Of a stretch of DNA of 64,000 nucleotides, positions 46,815 through 55,462 are shown piece after piece. The DNA is taken from assembly GCA_044225625.1 (NCBI GenBank), contig JBGAII010000003.1, positions 11,234 to 75,233 on the forward strand, read 5' to 3'. The translations under genes and the position numbers were made by a program. Below the pieces are notes generated by a model that worked only from the letters and a program-made list of their open reading frames with translations, was not told the origin of the DNA and ran no database searches. The DNA is from Rubrivivax sp. GTDB lineage: Bacteria > Pseudomonadota > Gammaproteobacteria > Burkholderiales > Burkholderiaceae_C. Positions within the stretch are counted from its first letter, which is position 1. Every line of letters starts with the position of its first letter.

Positions 46815-47738
46815 ATGCGCTTCACGATATTCCAGGAATCGCGCCGCGGTTCCCGCAAGGTCAACCAGGACCGGATCGCGTACACGTACGGACGCGACAC
46901 GCTGCTGCTCGTCATCTGCGACGGCATGGGCGGCCACGCGGGCGGCGAGATCGCAGCGCAGATCTGCGCGCGGCTCTTCATCGAGCGCTTCCAGCAGGAA
47001 GCGAAGCCGGTGCTCAAGAACCCGCTCAAGTTCCTGCAGGACACGATGCAGCGCGCGCACGCGGCGCTGGGCTCCTACGCGAACCAGTTCTCGATGCTGG
47101 AGACGCCGCGCACCACCTGCGTAGCGGTCGTCGTGCAGGCCGGGCATGCCTACTGGGCGCACGTCGGCGACTCGCGCTTCTACCTGTTCCGCCAGGGCGG
47201 GCTGATCGCGCAGACCAAGGACCACTCCAAGGTGCAGTACCTGGTCGACCAAGGGCTGATCGGCGCGCACGAGGTGGTCACGCACCCGGATCGCAACAAG
47301 ATCTTCTCCTGCCTGGGTGGGCTCGTGGAGCCGATCGTCGACCTCTCCAAGCGCACGCCGCTGCGCAACGGCGACGTGATGGTGCTGTGCACGGACGGCC
47401 TGTGGGCCGTGATGCCGCAGAACGAGATGTCGACGTGGCTCACGTCGGCGCCGATCCTCAAGACCGCGCCGCAGATGATGCGCGAGGCCGAGAAGCGCGG
47501 CGGGCCGGAAGGCGACAACCTGTCGACGATCGTCGTGCGCTGGGGCGCGGACCTTGCCACCGAGCAGGCGTCGACGGCGACGATCACCGAGTCGCTGGGG
47601 CTGGGCGAATTCGAGACGGCGATCGAGAAGACCGTGACGCTCACCGATCGCGCCGGTGCCAATCGCGACCTCACCGACGACGAGATCGAGCGCGCGATCC
47701 AGGAGATCCAGTCGACGATCCAGAAGTACCGGCGCTGA
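46815..47738 (+). CDS. PP2C-family serine/threonine phosphatase (Stp-like).
   Basis: Motifs DGMGGHAGGEIAA, HVGDSRFYLF and CTDGLW. It follows the kinase after 19 nt. Confidence 0.85.
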   Translation: MRFTIFQESRRGSRKVNQDRIAYTYGRDTLLLVICDGMGGHAGGEIAAQICARLFIERFQQEAKPVLKNPLKFLQDTMQRAHAALGSYANQFSMLETPRTTCVAVVVQAGHAYWAHVGDSRFYLFRQGGLIAQTKDHSKVQYLVDQGLIGAHEVVTHPDRNKIFSCLGGLVEPIVDLSKRTPLRNGDVMVLCTDGLWAVMPQNEMSTWLTSAPILKTAPQMMREAEKRGGPEGDNLSTIVVRWGADLATEQASTATITESLGLGEFETAIEKTVTLTDRAGANRDLTDDEIERAIQEIQSTIQKYRR

Positions 47739-49360
47739 TGGATCGGGGTCAGGCTCGATTTCGACGTTGGTTGCACGCGGTCGGTCGGGGCATTGCGCCG
47801 AGTGTCCGCGTGAAATGGCGGCGGGCGTCGTTGGTGACCCCATTGCTTGCGTTGCTGGCCGGGTGCTCGCTGTCGCCGGCCATCCAGCAGAACGCGGTCG
47901 AGTACAACGCGGCCGCCGCCAACTACAGCGACGAGCTGCTGCTGTACACCCTGCTGCGCGCACGCGACGAGGCGCCGCTCAACATGCTGGCGTTGTCCAC
48001 GATCAACGGCGCGCTGAGCCTGCAGGGGTCGGTAGGAACGACGATCTCGTACTCGGGCCTGCGCGGCGGCAGCGCGACCCAGGGCTTCGGCGGCGTCGTC
48101 ACGCCGTCCATGCTCGCGACGTCGTCGCCGACGTTCAGCATGGCGTCGCTGAACACACAGGGCTTCACGCTGGGCATCATCCAGCCCGTGTCGCCGGTGT
48201 ATATCGCGAGCAAGTGGAGCAACGGCGCCGACCGCGAGTTCCTGCTGCGCCTCTTCATCAAATCGATCCGAATGAACGAGGGCGGGCGCTATCGCGACTA
48301 CTTCAACAACCCCTCGTCGCCGGAAGAAATTGCGGCGTTCAATGCGAAGCTGCACGGGTGGATCCCGCACATGACGATGCGTGCGCTCACCGTGCTGGAG
48401 CCGCTGGGACCGCCGTTCGATCCGGCGATCGACGCGCGCGTGACCGCCACGCTGTCGACGCCGGCGAGCGGGGATGCGACACCGGCGTCGACGACCCCGG
48501 TGCCGTCCGCCAATCCGGCGGCCACGGCCATGCTCGGCGCCTACCAGCACCTGTTGCCGCTCGGCACCGGTGCCTACCGCGTCGGCAACGCGCCGCCCGT
48601 GTCGCGCCCGGGCGTGACGACGCTGCAGCTGTATCGCGAATTCCCGCAGCAGGTGGTGCTGTGCATCGACCGGCGCGCGCTTGGTGACGAGGCGCTCGCT
48701 GTCACCACCGCGCCTCTGGTCGCGGAATCGCCCACCGTGGCCAATGCACAGGTGGCGCAAGCGCTCAAGTCCGCCGCGCTGGCCGGGGCGGGCGCCAGCG
48801 GACGTGCCGCGGCCGGCGGCACGGCCGTCGCCGGGTCCGGCACGGGGCCCATCAACGGCCGCGCGCCCGGTGGCGTGGGCTCGCCGCCGGCATCGCTCGG
48901 CACCAACCTCAAGGTCGACCGCATCGCGGCCATCGTGCCGCGCGAGGTGTGCACGCAGGACGAGCTCGTGCTGCCCGCGATGACCGAGGAGAAGAACGCG
49001 CGCGACAGCAGCACGTTCAGCCACGTCGAATGGCGTTCGGTCGCCGAGGTGATCCAGTACCTCGGCGCGATGTTGCGCACCGGCACGCCCGACGACGCGC
49101 GGACATGGCGCGAATCGTCGCGCGATGGCGGCGATGGCGCGCTCAACGTGATGTTCGCCGCGAGCACCGCCGGCGAGGCCGGCTTCGTCGCGATCGACTA
49201 TCGCGGGCAACGCTACGCGGTGAATACGGACGCCGCGCGCAAGCCCGGCGCGCCGCGCGACCACAGCCTGCAGGCGATGGCGCTTGTCAGCGAGCTCATC
49301 AGCGCCGCGAAGGTGTCCAGCGACATCCCCACGACGCAGCCGATCCAGTTGCTGCCCTGA
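47738..49360 (+). CDS. Large lipoprotein of unknown function, co-transcribed with the kinase/phosphatase pair.
   Basis: Starts MDRGQARFRRWLHAVGRGIAPSVRVKWRRASLVTPLLALLAGCS with an LLAGC lipobox. TGATG overlap with the phosphatase stop. 540 aa with no recognisable domain. Confidence 0.6.
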   Translation: MDRGQARFRRWLHAVGRGIAPSVRVKWRRASLVTPLLALLAGCSLSPAIQQNAVEYNAAAANYSDELLLYTLLRARDEAPLNMLALSTINGALSLQGSVGTTISYSGLRGGSATQGFGGVVTPSMLATSSPTFSMASLNTQGFTLGIIQPVSPVYIASKWSNGADREFLLRLFIKSIRMNEGGRYRDYFNNPSSPEEIAAFNAKLHGWIPHMTMRALTVLEPLGPPFDPAIDARVTATLSTPASGDATPASTTPVPSANPAATAMLGAYQHLLPLGTGAYRVGNAPPVSRPGVTTLQLYREFPQQVVLCIDRRALGDEALAVTTAPLVAESPTVANAQVAQALKSAALAGAGASGRAAAGGTAVAGSGTGPINGRAPGGVGSPPASLGTNLKVDRIAAIVPREVCTQDELVLPAMTEEKNARDSSTFSHVEWRSVAEVIQYLGAMLRTGTPDDARTWRESSRDGGDGALNVMFAASTAGEAGFVAIDYRGQRYAVNTDAARKPGAPRDHSLQAMALVSELISAAKVSSDIPTTQPIQLLP

Positions 49361-49433
49361 TCCGCGGGCGCTTCGCGCCGGCGTCCGGTAGCGCGCGTGC
49401 ACGCACGTTGGGGGCGGACCCTATAATCGCGGG

Positions 49434-50192
49434 ATGCGCCACCTGATCCTGGACACCGAGACCACGGGCCTCGACCCGCGGCAAGACCATCGGATCATCG
49501 AAATCGCCGTGCTGGAGCTCGTGGACCGCCGGCCCACCGGGCGCACGTTGCACATGCACCTGGACCCCGAGCGCGAGATCGACGCCGGGGCCACCGAAGT
49601 CCACGGGATGCGCTGGGACGACCTGCGCGGCAAGCCGAAGTTCGGCGACGTCGCGCACGAACTGATCGCGTTCCTGCAGGGCGCCGAGTGGATAATCCAC
49701 AACGCGCCGTTCGACGTCGCCTTCCTCGACGCCGAGTTCGGCCGCCATGGCCATCCGCTGTGCAGCGTGCACGCGGCGCGCATCGTCGACACGCTGGCGA
49801 TGGCACGCGAGGCCTTTCCCGGCCGCCGCAACAGCCTGGACGCGCTGTGCGAGCGCTTCGGCGTCGACAACAGCGGCCGCACGTTGCACGGCGCGCTGCT
49901 CGACGCGCAACTGCTGTCCGAGGTGTGGCTCTCGCTGACGCGCGGCCAGGACGCGCTCGCCATCGACATGACGCCGCCGGCGCCGCCGCGGCCGGTGCTG
50001 GCGCGCGAAGGCGGCGAGACCGGGCGCGTGCCGCTGATCGTGCTCGCGCCGAGCGCCGACGAGCTGGCCGCCCATGCCGCTTACCTTGCGGCGCTGGACA
50101 AGCAGACCAAGGGCCGTTGCGTATGGCTCGCGCGGGAGCGCGCGGCGAATCCCGTCGCGCCGCCCGCGGGCCCGACGCCCGCCGCCGCCTGA
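49434..50192 (+). CDS. DEDDh 3'-5' exonuclease of the DNA polymerase III epsilon (DnaQ) family.
   Basis: Exo I motif MRHLILDTETTGLDP, Exo II IIHNAPFDVAFL and Exo III HGALLDAQLLSEV. A TATAAT box lies about 15 nt upstream. Confidence 0.8.
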   Translation: MRHLILDTETTGLDPRQDHRIIEIAVLELVDRRPTGRTLHMHLDPEREIDAGATEVHGMRWDDLRGKPKFGDVAHELIAFLQGAEWIIHNAPFDVAFLDAEFGRHGHPLCSVHAARIVDTLAMAREAFPGRRNSLDALCERFGVDNSGRTLHGALLDAQLLSEVWLSLTRGQDALAIDMTPPAPPRPVLAREGGETGRVPLIVLAPSADELAAHAAYLAALDKQTKGRCVWLARERAANPVAPPAGPTPAAA

Positions 50193-51706
50193 TGCCCATC
50201 GACTACCTGCAGAAGATCCTGACGGCGCGCGTATACGACGTGGCGCAGGAAACGCCGCTCGAGTTCGCGCCGACGCTGTCGCGCCGCACCGGCAACCGCA
50301 TCCTGCTGAAGCGCGAGGACCAGCAGCCGGTGTTCTCGTTCAAGCTGCGGGGCGCCTACAACAAGATGGTCAACCTGACGCCGGCCGAGCGCGCGAAAGG
50401 CGTGCTCGCCGCGTCGGCGGGCAACCATGCGCAAGGCGTCGCGCTCGCGGCGCAGAAGCTCGGCTGCAAGGCGACGATCGTGATGCCGGTGACCACGCCG
50501 CAGATCAAGATCAACGCCGTGGCCGCGCGCGGCGCGCACGTCGTGCTGCGCGGCGACTCGTACAGCGATGCCTACGCGCACGCGCTGGCGCTGCAGAAGA
50601 AGTCCGGCGCCACGTTCGTCCATCCCTACGACGATCCCGACGTCATCGCGGGCCAGGGCACGATTGGCGTCGAGATCCTGCGCCAGTGCGAAGGCCCGCT
50701 CGACGCGATCTTCGTCGCCATCGGCGGCGGTGGGCTGATCTCCGGCATCGCGGCTTACGTGAAGCGCGTGCGCCCCGACGTGCGCATCATCGGCGTGCAG
50801 CCCACCGACAGCGACGCGATGGCGCGCTCGATCGCCGCCGGCCGCCGCGTGGAACTCGCGCACGTCGGCCTCTTTGCCGACGGCGTGGCGGTGAAGCAGG
50901 TGGGCAGGGAGACGTTCAGGATCGCGCGCGAACTCGTCGACGAGATCGTGCTGGTGGATACGGACGCCACATGCGCCGCGCTGAAGGACGTGTTCGAGGA
51001 CACGCGCAGCGTGCTGGAGCCCGCGGGCGCGCTGGCGATCGCGGGCGCCAAGCAGTGGATCGCGGCCAACAAGGCGCGCGGCGGCACGTTCGTCGCCGTC
51101 GCCTGCGGCGCGAACATGAATTTCGACCGCCTGCGCTTCGTCGCCGAGCGCGCCGAGGTCGGCGAGCAGCGCGAGGCGCTGATCGCGGTGACCATCCCCG
51201 AGCAGCCCGGCAGTTTCCGCGCGTTCTGCGCGCTGCTGGGAAAGCGCTCGATCACCGAGTTCAATTACCGCTACGCGGGTCCGGGCGTCGCGCACCTGTT
51301 CGTCGGGCTGGAAGTGGGCAACCGCGACGAGACGCGCAAGCTGCTCGCCGAGCTGAAGAAGCGCCGCATCGACGCGTTCGACCTGACCGACAACGAAATG
51401 GCCAAGCTGCACGTGCGCCACCTGGTGGGCGGCCACGCGCCGGCGGCGGAGCACGAGATCGTCTACCGCTTCGAATTTCCCGAGCGGCCCGGCGCGCTGA
51501 TGAAGTTCCTCGACAGCATGAGCGCCGGCTGGAACATCAGCCTCTTCCACTACCGCAATCACGGCGCCGACTACGGTCGCGTGCTGGTCGGCATGCAGGT
51601 GCCGCCCGGCGACAAGCGGGCGTTCAAGGCGTTCCTGGACGGTTTGGGGTATGACTACGTCGATGAGACGGCCAACCCCGCTTACGCCATGTTCCTCGGC
51701 CGTTGA
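50192..51706 (+). CDS. ilvA: Threonine ammonia-lyase, biosynthetic (IlvA), with a C-terminal ACT-like regulatory domain.
   Basis: Starts MPIDYLQKILTARVYDVAQETPLEFAPTLSRRTGNRILLKREDQQPVFSFKLRGAYNKM (the PLP lysine region). Full IlvA-length at 504 aa. TGATG overlap with the exonuclease stop. Confidence 0.9.
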   Translation: MPIDYLQKILTARVYDVAQETPLEFAPTLSRRTGNRILLKREDQQPVFSFKLRGAYNKMVNLTPAERAKGVLAASAGNHAQGVALAAQKLGCKATIVMPVTTPQIKINAVAARGAHVVLRGDSYSDAYAHALALQKKSGATFVHPYDDPDVIAGQGTIGVEILRQCEGPLDAIFVAIGGGGLISGIAAYVKRVRPDVRIIGVQPTDSDAMARSIAAGRRVELAHVGLFADGVAVKQVGRETFRIARELVDEIVLVDTDATCAALKDVFEDTRSVLEPAGALAIAGAKQWIAANKARGGTFVAVACGANMNFDRLRFVAERAEVGEQREALIAVTIPEQPGSFRAFCALLGKRSITEFNYRYAGPGVAHLFVGLEVGNRDETRKLLAELKKRRIDAFDLTDNEMAKLHVRHLVGGHAPAAEHEIVYRFEFPERPGALMKFLDSMSAGWNISLFHYRNHGADYGRVLVGMQVPPGDKRAFKAFLDGLGYDYVDETANPAYAMFLGR

Positions 51707-51731
51707 GCGGCGGTTGCGCCGGCCGCGCGCG

Positions 51732-52316
51732 TCATTCGAGCCGGTCGATGCACACCTGCATCGCCGCGCCCAGGTCGCGGATCAGGTCGGCGTCGGGCAT
51801 GGCCACCAGCCGCGGCGTTTCGAAGATGTAGCGCGACGAGAGCAGGCCCACGATCTGGCTTCCCACCAGCGCGACGACGGCCTCGAGGTTGCGGAAATTC
51901 CCGTACTGCCTGAACACGTTGCGATACGCCTCCGCAAACGGCTCGCCATAGCGTTGCCGCGCGTCCATGCTCGTAAAGGAGGTCAGCAGCATCGCGCGGC
52001 GGATATTCCGGTGCGCGGGATCGCGCCAAGCCGTGACGATGCGCTCCACGATCGCCTCGCCGAGATGTGCGAGCGGGACGCCCGCGAATTGCTCCGGGGC
52101 CACCGGCTTGAACTCCATCGCGGTGGCAAAGAGCCGCTCTTTGCTCCCGTAGTAGCGCATCACCATCGCGGGGTTGATGTTTGCCGCCGCCGCGATGGCG
52201 CGGATCGTCGCGTTGTCGTAGCCTTGCCGGGCAAACACCGCCCTGGCCGCTTCGAGAATACGGTCGCGGGTGGGCTGGGAGCGCAGGGGCCGATGCTCCA
52301 AGTTGTTGATTTGCAT
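51732..52316 (-). CDS. TetR/AcrR family transcriptional regulator.
   Basis: N-terminal HTH: RILEAARAVFARQGYDNATIRAIAAAANINPAMVMRYYGSKERLF. Confidence 0.85.
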   Translation of the reverse strand: MQINNLEHRPLRSQPTRDRILEAARAVFARQGYDNATIRAIAAAANINPAMVMRYYGSKERLFATAMEFKPVAPEQFAGVPLAHLGEAIVERIVTAWRDPAHRNIRRAMLLTSFTSMDARQRYGEPFAEAYRNVFRQYGNFRNLEAVVALVGSQIVGLLSSRYIFETPRLVAMPDADLIRDLGAAMQVCIDRLE

Positions 52317-52319
52317 ATT

Positions 52320-52410
52320 GTTAATATCTTATTGCAAACCTTCGTTTGCAAACGACTGTTGAAGCATGTAGAGTGCAAACGTTGGGTTGCATACCTATGT
52401 TTGCAATCAT
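52320..52410. promoter_or_regulatory. AT-rich divergent promoter with repeated TTTGCAAAC-type half-sites, including the perfect 10 bp palindrome GTTTGCAAAC. Putative TetR operators.
   Basis: Five copies of TTGCAAAC, GTGCAAAC, TTGCATAC or TTGCAATC within about 80 bp, between the TetR gene (minus) and the repeat-precursor gene (plus). Confidence 0.45.
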
Positions 52411-52468
52411 ATCCCAAACCCGCGGGGCGGGGCCATCCGGGGTAAGGCCCGGGCTACAGGAGTTCACA

Positions 52469-52918
52469 ATGTCATCGAAGCAGAAGCTGTCCCAAGCGCT
52501 CGCAGCCGTCCTCCCGGCCGGCGCGGTGGGTGCATCCGTCGTGCTGGCGCTGGCGCCCGCGCAGGCGGCGACGGTGTCGTCCGTGACCACCGCATCGACG
52601 CCGGCCACGCCGGCCACCGTTGCCGAGCGGCTCGAGGCGATCCGCGCCGGCGTTTCCGCGGCAATCGTCGCGCCGGCTCCCGCTGCGGCGGATGAAGCCG
52701 CCAGCGAGACCGCCGACGAAACGGCGGAAGGCGGTGCGTTCATCCCGACGTGGTGGGGCAACGGCGGCTGGGGCCGCTTCGGCATCGGCTGGGGCAATGG
52801 CGGCTGGCACAACTGGGGCAACGGCTGGCACAACTGGGGGAACGGTTGGCACAACTGGGGCAACGGCGGCTGGAACAACTGGCACAACGGCTGGAACAAC
52901 TTCTGGCACAACGCCTGA
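52469..52918 (+). CDS. Secreted Gly/Trp/Asn/His-rich tandem-repeat protein, a candidate precursor for the adjacent radical SAM/SPASM enzyme (GRRM-like system).
   Basis: Starts MSSKQKLSQALAAVLPAGAVGASVVLALAPAQA (signal peptide) after an AGGAG RBS. A Thr/Ala/Pro linker follows, then WWGNGGWGRFGIGWGNGGWHNWGNGWHNWGNGWHNWGNGGWNNWHNGWNNFWHNA. This tail is encoded by three near-identical 21 bp direct DNA repeats (GGCTGGCACAACTGGGGCAAC). Confidence 0.7.
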   Translation: MSSKQKLSQALAAVLPAGAVGASVVLALAPAQAATVSSVTTASTPATPATVAERLEAIRAGVSAAIVAPAPAAADEAASETADETAEGGAFIPTWWGNGGWGRFGIGWGNGGWHNWGNGWHNWGNGWHNWGNGGWNNWHNGWNNFWHNA

Positions 52919-52945
52919 CCGCGGCGCGAGACGAGCGAGCCCCCG

Positions 52946-54178
52946 ATGGCCTCATCTGCGACCCGTCCCGGCTGCGCGCACGCGCCGTCGACGTCCGTCG
53001 TCGTCGTGCAGCCCACGCCGTTCTGCAACATCGACTGCAACTACTGCTACCTGCCGGATCGCAGCGACAAGTCCACGATGGCGGACGCCACGCTGCGCGC
53101 GCTGTTCGAGAAGCTGTTCGCGTCGGGCTGGGCGGCGTCGCACGTCACGGTGATCTGGCACGCGGGCGAGCCGCTGGTGATGCCCGTCGCGTGGTACGAG
53201 CGCGCGTTCACGCTGATCGAGTCGCTGCGGCCCGCGCACGTGGGCATCCATCACTCGTTCCAGACCAACGGCACGCTGTTGTCGAAGGCGTGGTGCGACC
53301 TCTTCAAGCGCTGGCACGTGGGCGTCGGCGTCAGCATCGACGGCCCGCGTCGCTTCAACGACGCGCATCGCGTCGGGCGTGACGGGCGCAGCACCTACGA
53401 CAAGGTGATCAAGGGCCTGCGGCTGCTGCGCGACGAGGACGTGCCTTTCCACGTGATCTCGGTGCTCACCGACGAGAGCCTGGACGCGCCCGACGAGATG
53501 CTCGCGTTCTACCGCGAGCACGGCGTCACCAACGTGTGCTTCAACGTCGAGGAATCGGAAGGCAGCCACGTGTCGGCGCTGTTCGCCAGCGCCGCGCCTG
53601 CCGCGCGCTTCCGGGCGTTCCTGGAGCGTTTCTGGCGCGAGGCGCGACGCGACGGCAGCGTGGAGTTCATCCGCGAGGTCGACGGGATGATCCCGCGCGT
53701 CTTCCGCCCCGAGGGCGGCGCGATGCACAACGTGCAGGTGGAGCCGTTCGCGATGCTGAACGTCGACTGCCGCGGCAACGCGTCGACGTTCTCGCCGGAG
53801 TTGCTGGGCCTGCGCAACGCGACGTACGGCGACTTCATCGTCGGCAACGTCAACACGGACACGTTCGAGGCGATGCGCGACAGCGCCGCGCTCGCGGCCA
53901 TGGCGCGCGACATCGCGGCGGGCGTCGAGCGCTGCCGCTCGTCGTGCGACTACTTTTCCGTCTGCGGCGGCGGCGCGCCGGTCAACAAGCTCACCGAGAA
54001 CGGCTCGTTCGACAGCGCCGCCACGGGCTTCTGCGAGTTGACGCAGAAGGTGGCCACCGACCTGGTGCTCGACGCGTTCGACCGCCTGCAGGGCCTGCCC
54101 GTACCGCCCCTCGCCGCAATGCCGCCGCCGTCCGCGCGCGCCGAACGGCGCCGCACCATTCCGCTCGTGCCCGTCTGA
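52946..54178 (+). CDS. Radical SAM / SPASM-domain maturase (anSME-like).
   Basis: CNIDCNYC (CxxxCxxC) at residues 27-34. Cys-rich C-terminal SPASM-type region (CRGNAS...CRSSCDYFSVCGGG). Lies 27 nt downstream of the repeat-protein gene. Confidence 0.85.
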   Translation: MASSATRPGCAHAPSTSVVVVQPTPFCNIDCNYCYLPDRSDKSTMADATLRALFEKLFASGWAASHVTVIWHAGEPLVMPVAWYERAFTLIESLRPAHVGIHHSFQTNGTLLSKAWCDLFKRWHVGVGVSIDGPRRFNDAHRVGRDGRSTYDKVIKGLRLLRDEDVPFHVISVLTDESLDAPDEMLAFYREHGVTNVCFNVEESEGSHVSALFASAAPAARFRAFLERFWREARRDGSVEFIREVDGMIPRVFRPEGGAMHNVQVEPFAMLNVDCRGNASTFSPELLGLRNATYGDFIVGNVNTDTFEAMRDSAALAAMARDIAAGVERCRSSCDYFSVCGGGAPVNKLTENGSFDSAATGFCELTQKVATDLVLDAFDRLQGLPVPPLAAMPPPSARAERRRTIPLVPV

Positions 54179-54228
54179 TGCAACGACGGGCGAACCACGC
54201 ATTCATCGAATCGAACCGGAGACTCTCC

Positions 54229-54984
54229 ATGCAACGCAAATCCTTCGCGGCAGCGCTGGCTGCCACCACGCTGGCGCTGGGCACTTCCGTGGCGCTCGCG
54301 CAGACGCCGTCCGCACAACGTCCGGCCATGGCGCCCTCGGGCCCGACGCCGGCGCAACTGGCGGAGATGCCGCCCGCGGCGGGTCTGTCGCCCGCGCAGG
54401 CGGCGCCGCTCACCGCCAACGAGACCCCGGTGCATGCCGTGCTGCGCATCGCCAGCGTCGAGGTCGTGCGCACGACGCGGCAACCGTACATGGACATCGT
54501 CCGCGTGCGCGGCCTGGCCAGCAGCAACGGCTGGGAAGAAGTGGAACTCGTGCCGCTTACGCGCGGCTCGCCGCCGGACGGTATCTTGCACCTCGTCATG
54601 GTTGCGCGGCCGCCGGCGGGCGCCGCCACGGCCACCGGCTACGAACCCGTGGAAGCGATCCTGCCGCTCTCGAGCCCGGCCGCGTACAAGGGCGTCAGCG
54701 TGCACGCCGCGGCCAATTCCGTGGAGGTCGACACGTCGCCCGGCTATTCTGAGGCGAAGCCGATCAACGACGATTGCGGTGCCTGTGTCGGCAAGATCCT
54801 GCTCGCGAAGGGCGCAACGGCGGGGCCCGCGGCGGGCGCCGAGACGATCACCGAAGACCAGCTGCCGCCCGGAACGCGCGTCGTGCGGCCGGGCGACGGC
54901 CTGATGGGCATCGGTTCCAATCCCAACCGCCTGTCACTGCTCGTCAACAAGGAAGGCCGGATCGTCTCGGCCATCTGGGACTGA
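54229..54984 (+). CDS. Secreted protein with a C-terminal I78-family peptidase-inhibitor-like domain.
   Basis: Signal peptide MQRKSFAAALAATTLALGTSVALAQT after a GGAGA RBS. The C-terminus (LPPGTRVVRPGDGLMGIGSNPNRLSLLVNKEGRIVSAIWD) is I78-like. Confidence 0.5.
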   Translation: MQRKSFAAALAATTLALGTSVALAQTPSAQRPAMAPSGPTPAQLAEMPPAAGLSPAQAAPLTANETPVHAVLRIASVEVVRTTRQPYMDIVRVRGLASSNGWEEVELVPLTRGSPPDGILHLVMVARPPAGAATATGYEPVEAILPLSSPAAYKGVSVHAAANSVEVDTSPGYSEAKPINDDCGACVGKILLAKGATAGPAAGAETITEDQLPPGTRVVRPGDGLMGIGSNPNRLSLLVNKEGRIVSAIWD

Positions 54985-55006
54985 TGGTCGAATCGAGGAC
55001 TGCGTC

Positions 55007-55444
55007 ATGAACAAGTTCGCCATGCCCGCCGCGTTCGGGGCCGTCATTGCCTTCGCGGCCTCCGGCTGCGCTACGGCCACGCAGCAGATCACGATGGGCG
55101 ACACCAACATGTGCCTCAACGTGGTCAACCACGGCTCCCCGGAACCCGGTGCCGTCGTCAACGTGAAGCCTTGCGACCCTTGGCAGAACCAGCAATGGAC
55201 GTACAACGGAGACGGCACGATCACCGGCGTCGGCGGCTTCTGCATCGACGTCAAGGGCGGCCAGGGCGTCAACGGCGCGGACGTCATCTACACGCCGTGC
55301 TCCGGCGCGCCGAGCCAGAAGTGGACGCCATCCAACGGCAGCTTCGTTGGGGTCGGCGGCAAGTGCCTGGACGTGCTCGACGGCCTGCACGTGGTGCTCA
55401 ACACCTGCAACGGGACGCCGACCCAGCGCTGGATCTCGCGGTAG
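55007..55444 (+). CDS. Ricin-type beta-trefoil lectin-domain lipoprotein.
   Basis: Lipobox FAASGC. Three QxW repeats (QQW, QKW, QRW) with the spacing of a beta-trefoil. Confidence 0.75.
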   Translation: MNKFAMPAAFGAVIAFAASGCATATQQITMGDTNMCLNVVNHGSPEPGAVVNVKPCDPWQNQQWTYNGDGTITGVGGFCIDVKGGQGVNGADVIYTPCSGAPSQKWTPSNGSFVGVGGKCLDVLDGLHVVLNTCNGTPTQRWISR

Positions 55445-55462
55445 CAGGCTGGCGACGCCGTG

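Noticed and set aside
47180-49402. A 740 aa minus-strand ORF, and a 863 aa minus-strand ORF (60108..62699).
   Set aside because: Antisense to the lipoprotein gene and to chpA respectively. Both have strongly biased Arg/Ala composition.
52800-52900. Tandem 21-bp direct repeats flagged as a possible CRISPR or VNTR.
   Set aside because: They are in-frame coding repeats (GWHNWGN units) inside the precursor-protein gene. No spacers and no cas genes are present.
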